In this document: piece after piece, positions 1 to 326 of the stretch
Position numbering within the stretch: the stretch's first letter is position 1
Layout of the letters: each line of letters starts with the position of its first letter
Assembly: GCF_003334765.1 (NCBI RefSeq)
Contig: NZ_QOWT01000142.1
DNA from: Escherichia coli
GTDB taxonomy: Bacteria > Pseudomonadota > Gammaproteobacteria > Enterobacterales > Enterobacteriaceae
DNA length: 326 nucleotides
Direction: 5' to 3' (one strand)
Made by a program: the position numbers and the translations under genes
The notes under the pieces: model-generated
Seen by the model: the letters and a program-made list of their open reading frames with translations, nothing else
Told to the model about the DNA's origin: nothing
The model's database searches: none

Positions 1-59
1 ATGTATAAGCAATAAAAAACAGCTTCAGGTAATAAGGAATATCTCAATTTTTAAACATA

Positions 60-326
60 AAATGCGAATTATTTAGTACAAAAAGCAGGGAAAGATTACG
101 AAAGCCCGCTCCCCGCAAGGACTGACGCGAGATAGTTTCTATCCATGGCTGCTTTTCGCATCTTACGTCTTAACCCTGCCTTGAATACCTTATCATTCGT
201 TAAAATATTAATAGCGATGTGCCGTATCCCTGAAAATAATTCTGCGGCGTTTCCTCTTCTTATTTTGCAGTCGTCTTCATTCATTACCACGTCCAGACGC
301 CAGTGCAGCTTATTCTCCACGTGCCA
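60..326 (-). mobile_element. Right-hand (transposase 3') end of an ISAs1-family insertion sequence; outer boundary unresolved, element continues past position 326
   Basis: ISAs1-family elements are about 1.2-1.4 kb with a single transposase ORF and short terminal inverted repeats, so the element end should lie a short distance past the stop codon, somewhere within 1-95. The start coordinate of 60 is a placeholder, not a measured boundary. The inverted repeat cannot be identified without the opposite end. Confidence 0.45.
96..326 (-). CDS. ISAs1-family transposase (H-repeat-associated protein), C-terminal fragment; 5' end lies beyond the window
   Basis: The six-frame track gives a 74-aa minus-strand ORF at 96..320 ending in a TAA stop (plus 96-98 'tta'). 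By my own translation the frame stays open through 321-326 (His, Trp), so the N-terminus is outside the window. The sequence [15 protein letters not shown]…[27 protein letters not shown] is recognised from memory as the C-terminal tail of enterobacterial ISAs1-family transposases (E. coli paralogs such as YhhI/YdcC/YbfD); no database search was run, and I cannot tell which paralog or host this is. Confidence 0.85.
   Translation of the reverse strand, partial: WHVENKLHWRLDVVMNEDDCKIRRGNAAELFSGIRHIAINILTNDKVFKAGLRRKMRKAAMDRNYLASVLAGSGLS

Noticed and set aside
1-15. The plus-strand sequence opens with ATG (atg tat aag caa taa), which could be read as a gene start.
   Set aside because: It encodes only M-Y-K-Q before a TAA stop. 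There is no long plus-strand ORF in the track, so this is not a gene.
1-95. Promoter-like AT-rich hexamers (e.g. ttaaac, taataa) that might drive a plus-strand neighbour.
   Set aside because: In sequence this AT-rich, -10/-35-like hexamers occur by chance. There is no properly spaced pair I can defend and no downstream plus-strand gene in the window.
78-110. Possible rho-independent terminator for the transposase on the minus strand: a GCGGG…CCUGC stem followed by a UUUUUGU run (plus 80-84 is aaaaa).
   Set aside because: The stem is only 5-6 bp with a G·U wobble, the loop is about 15 nt, and the stem spans the stop codon. That is too weak to call a terminator without folding-energy calculation.
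318-320. Methionine start of the 74-aa ORF in the six-frame track.
   Set aside because: The codon is GTG within an open frame that runs to the window edge, and the homologous proteins are far longer than 74 aa. It is an ORF-caller artefact.
96-326. Whether the transposase is a pseudogene, since H-repeat copies are often degraded.
   Set aside because: There is no in-frame stop or evident frameshift in the 76 codons visible. Integrity cannot be judged without the N-terminal roughly 300 codons, so no pseudogene call is made.

Overview
This 326-bp window holds the 3'-terminal 74-75 codons of a minus-strand transposase gene, followed by about 95 bp of AT-rich non-coding sequence at the low-coordinate end. 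The protein tail (…[73 protein letters not shown]) matches, from memory, the conserved C-terminus of ISAs1-family transposases, the enterobacterial 'H-repeat-associated' proteins. The reading frame is open through the high-coordinate window edge, so the gene is cut by the window and the 'M' in the ORF track is a GTG codon, not a real start. The flank at 1-95 probably contains the element's terminus, but the exact end cannot be placed from this window. I see no CRISPR array, RNA gene, plus-strand gene or novel system here; the window is best read as the edge of an insertion sequence, and anything noteworthy would lie in the DNA beyond position 1 or 326.
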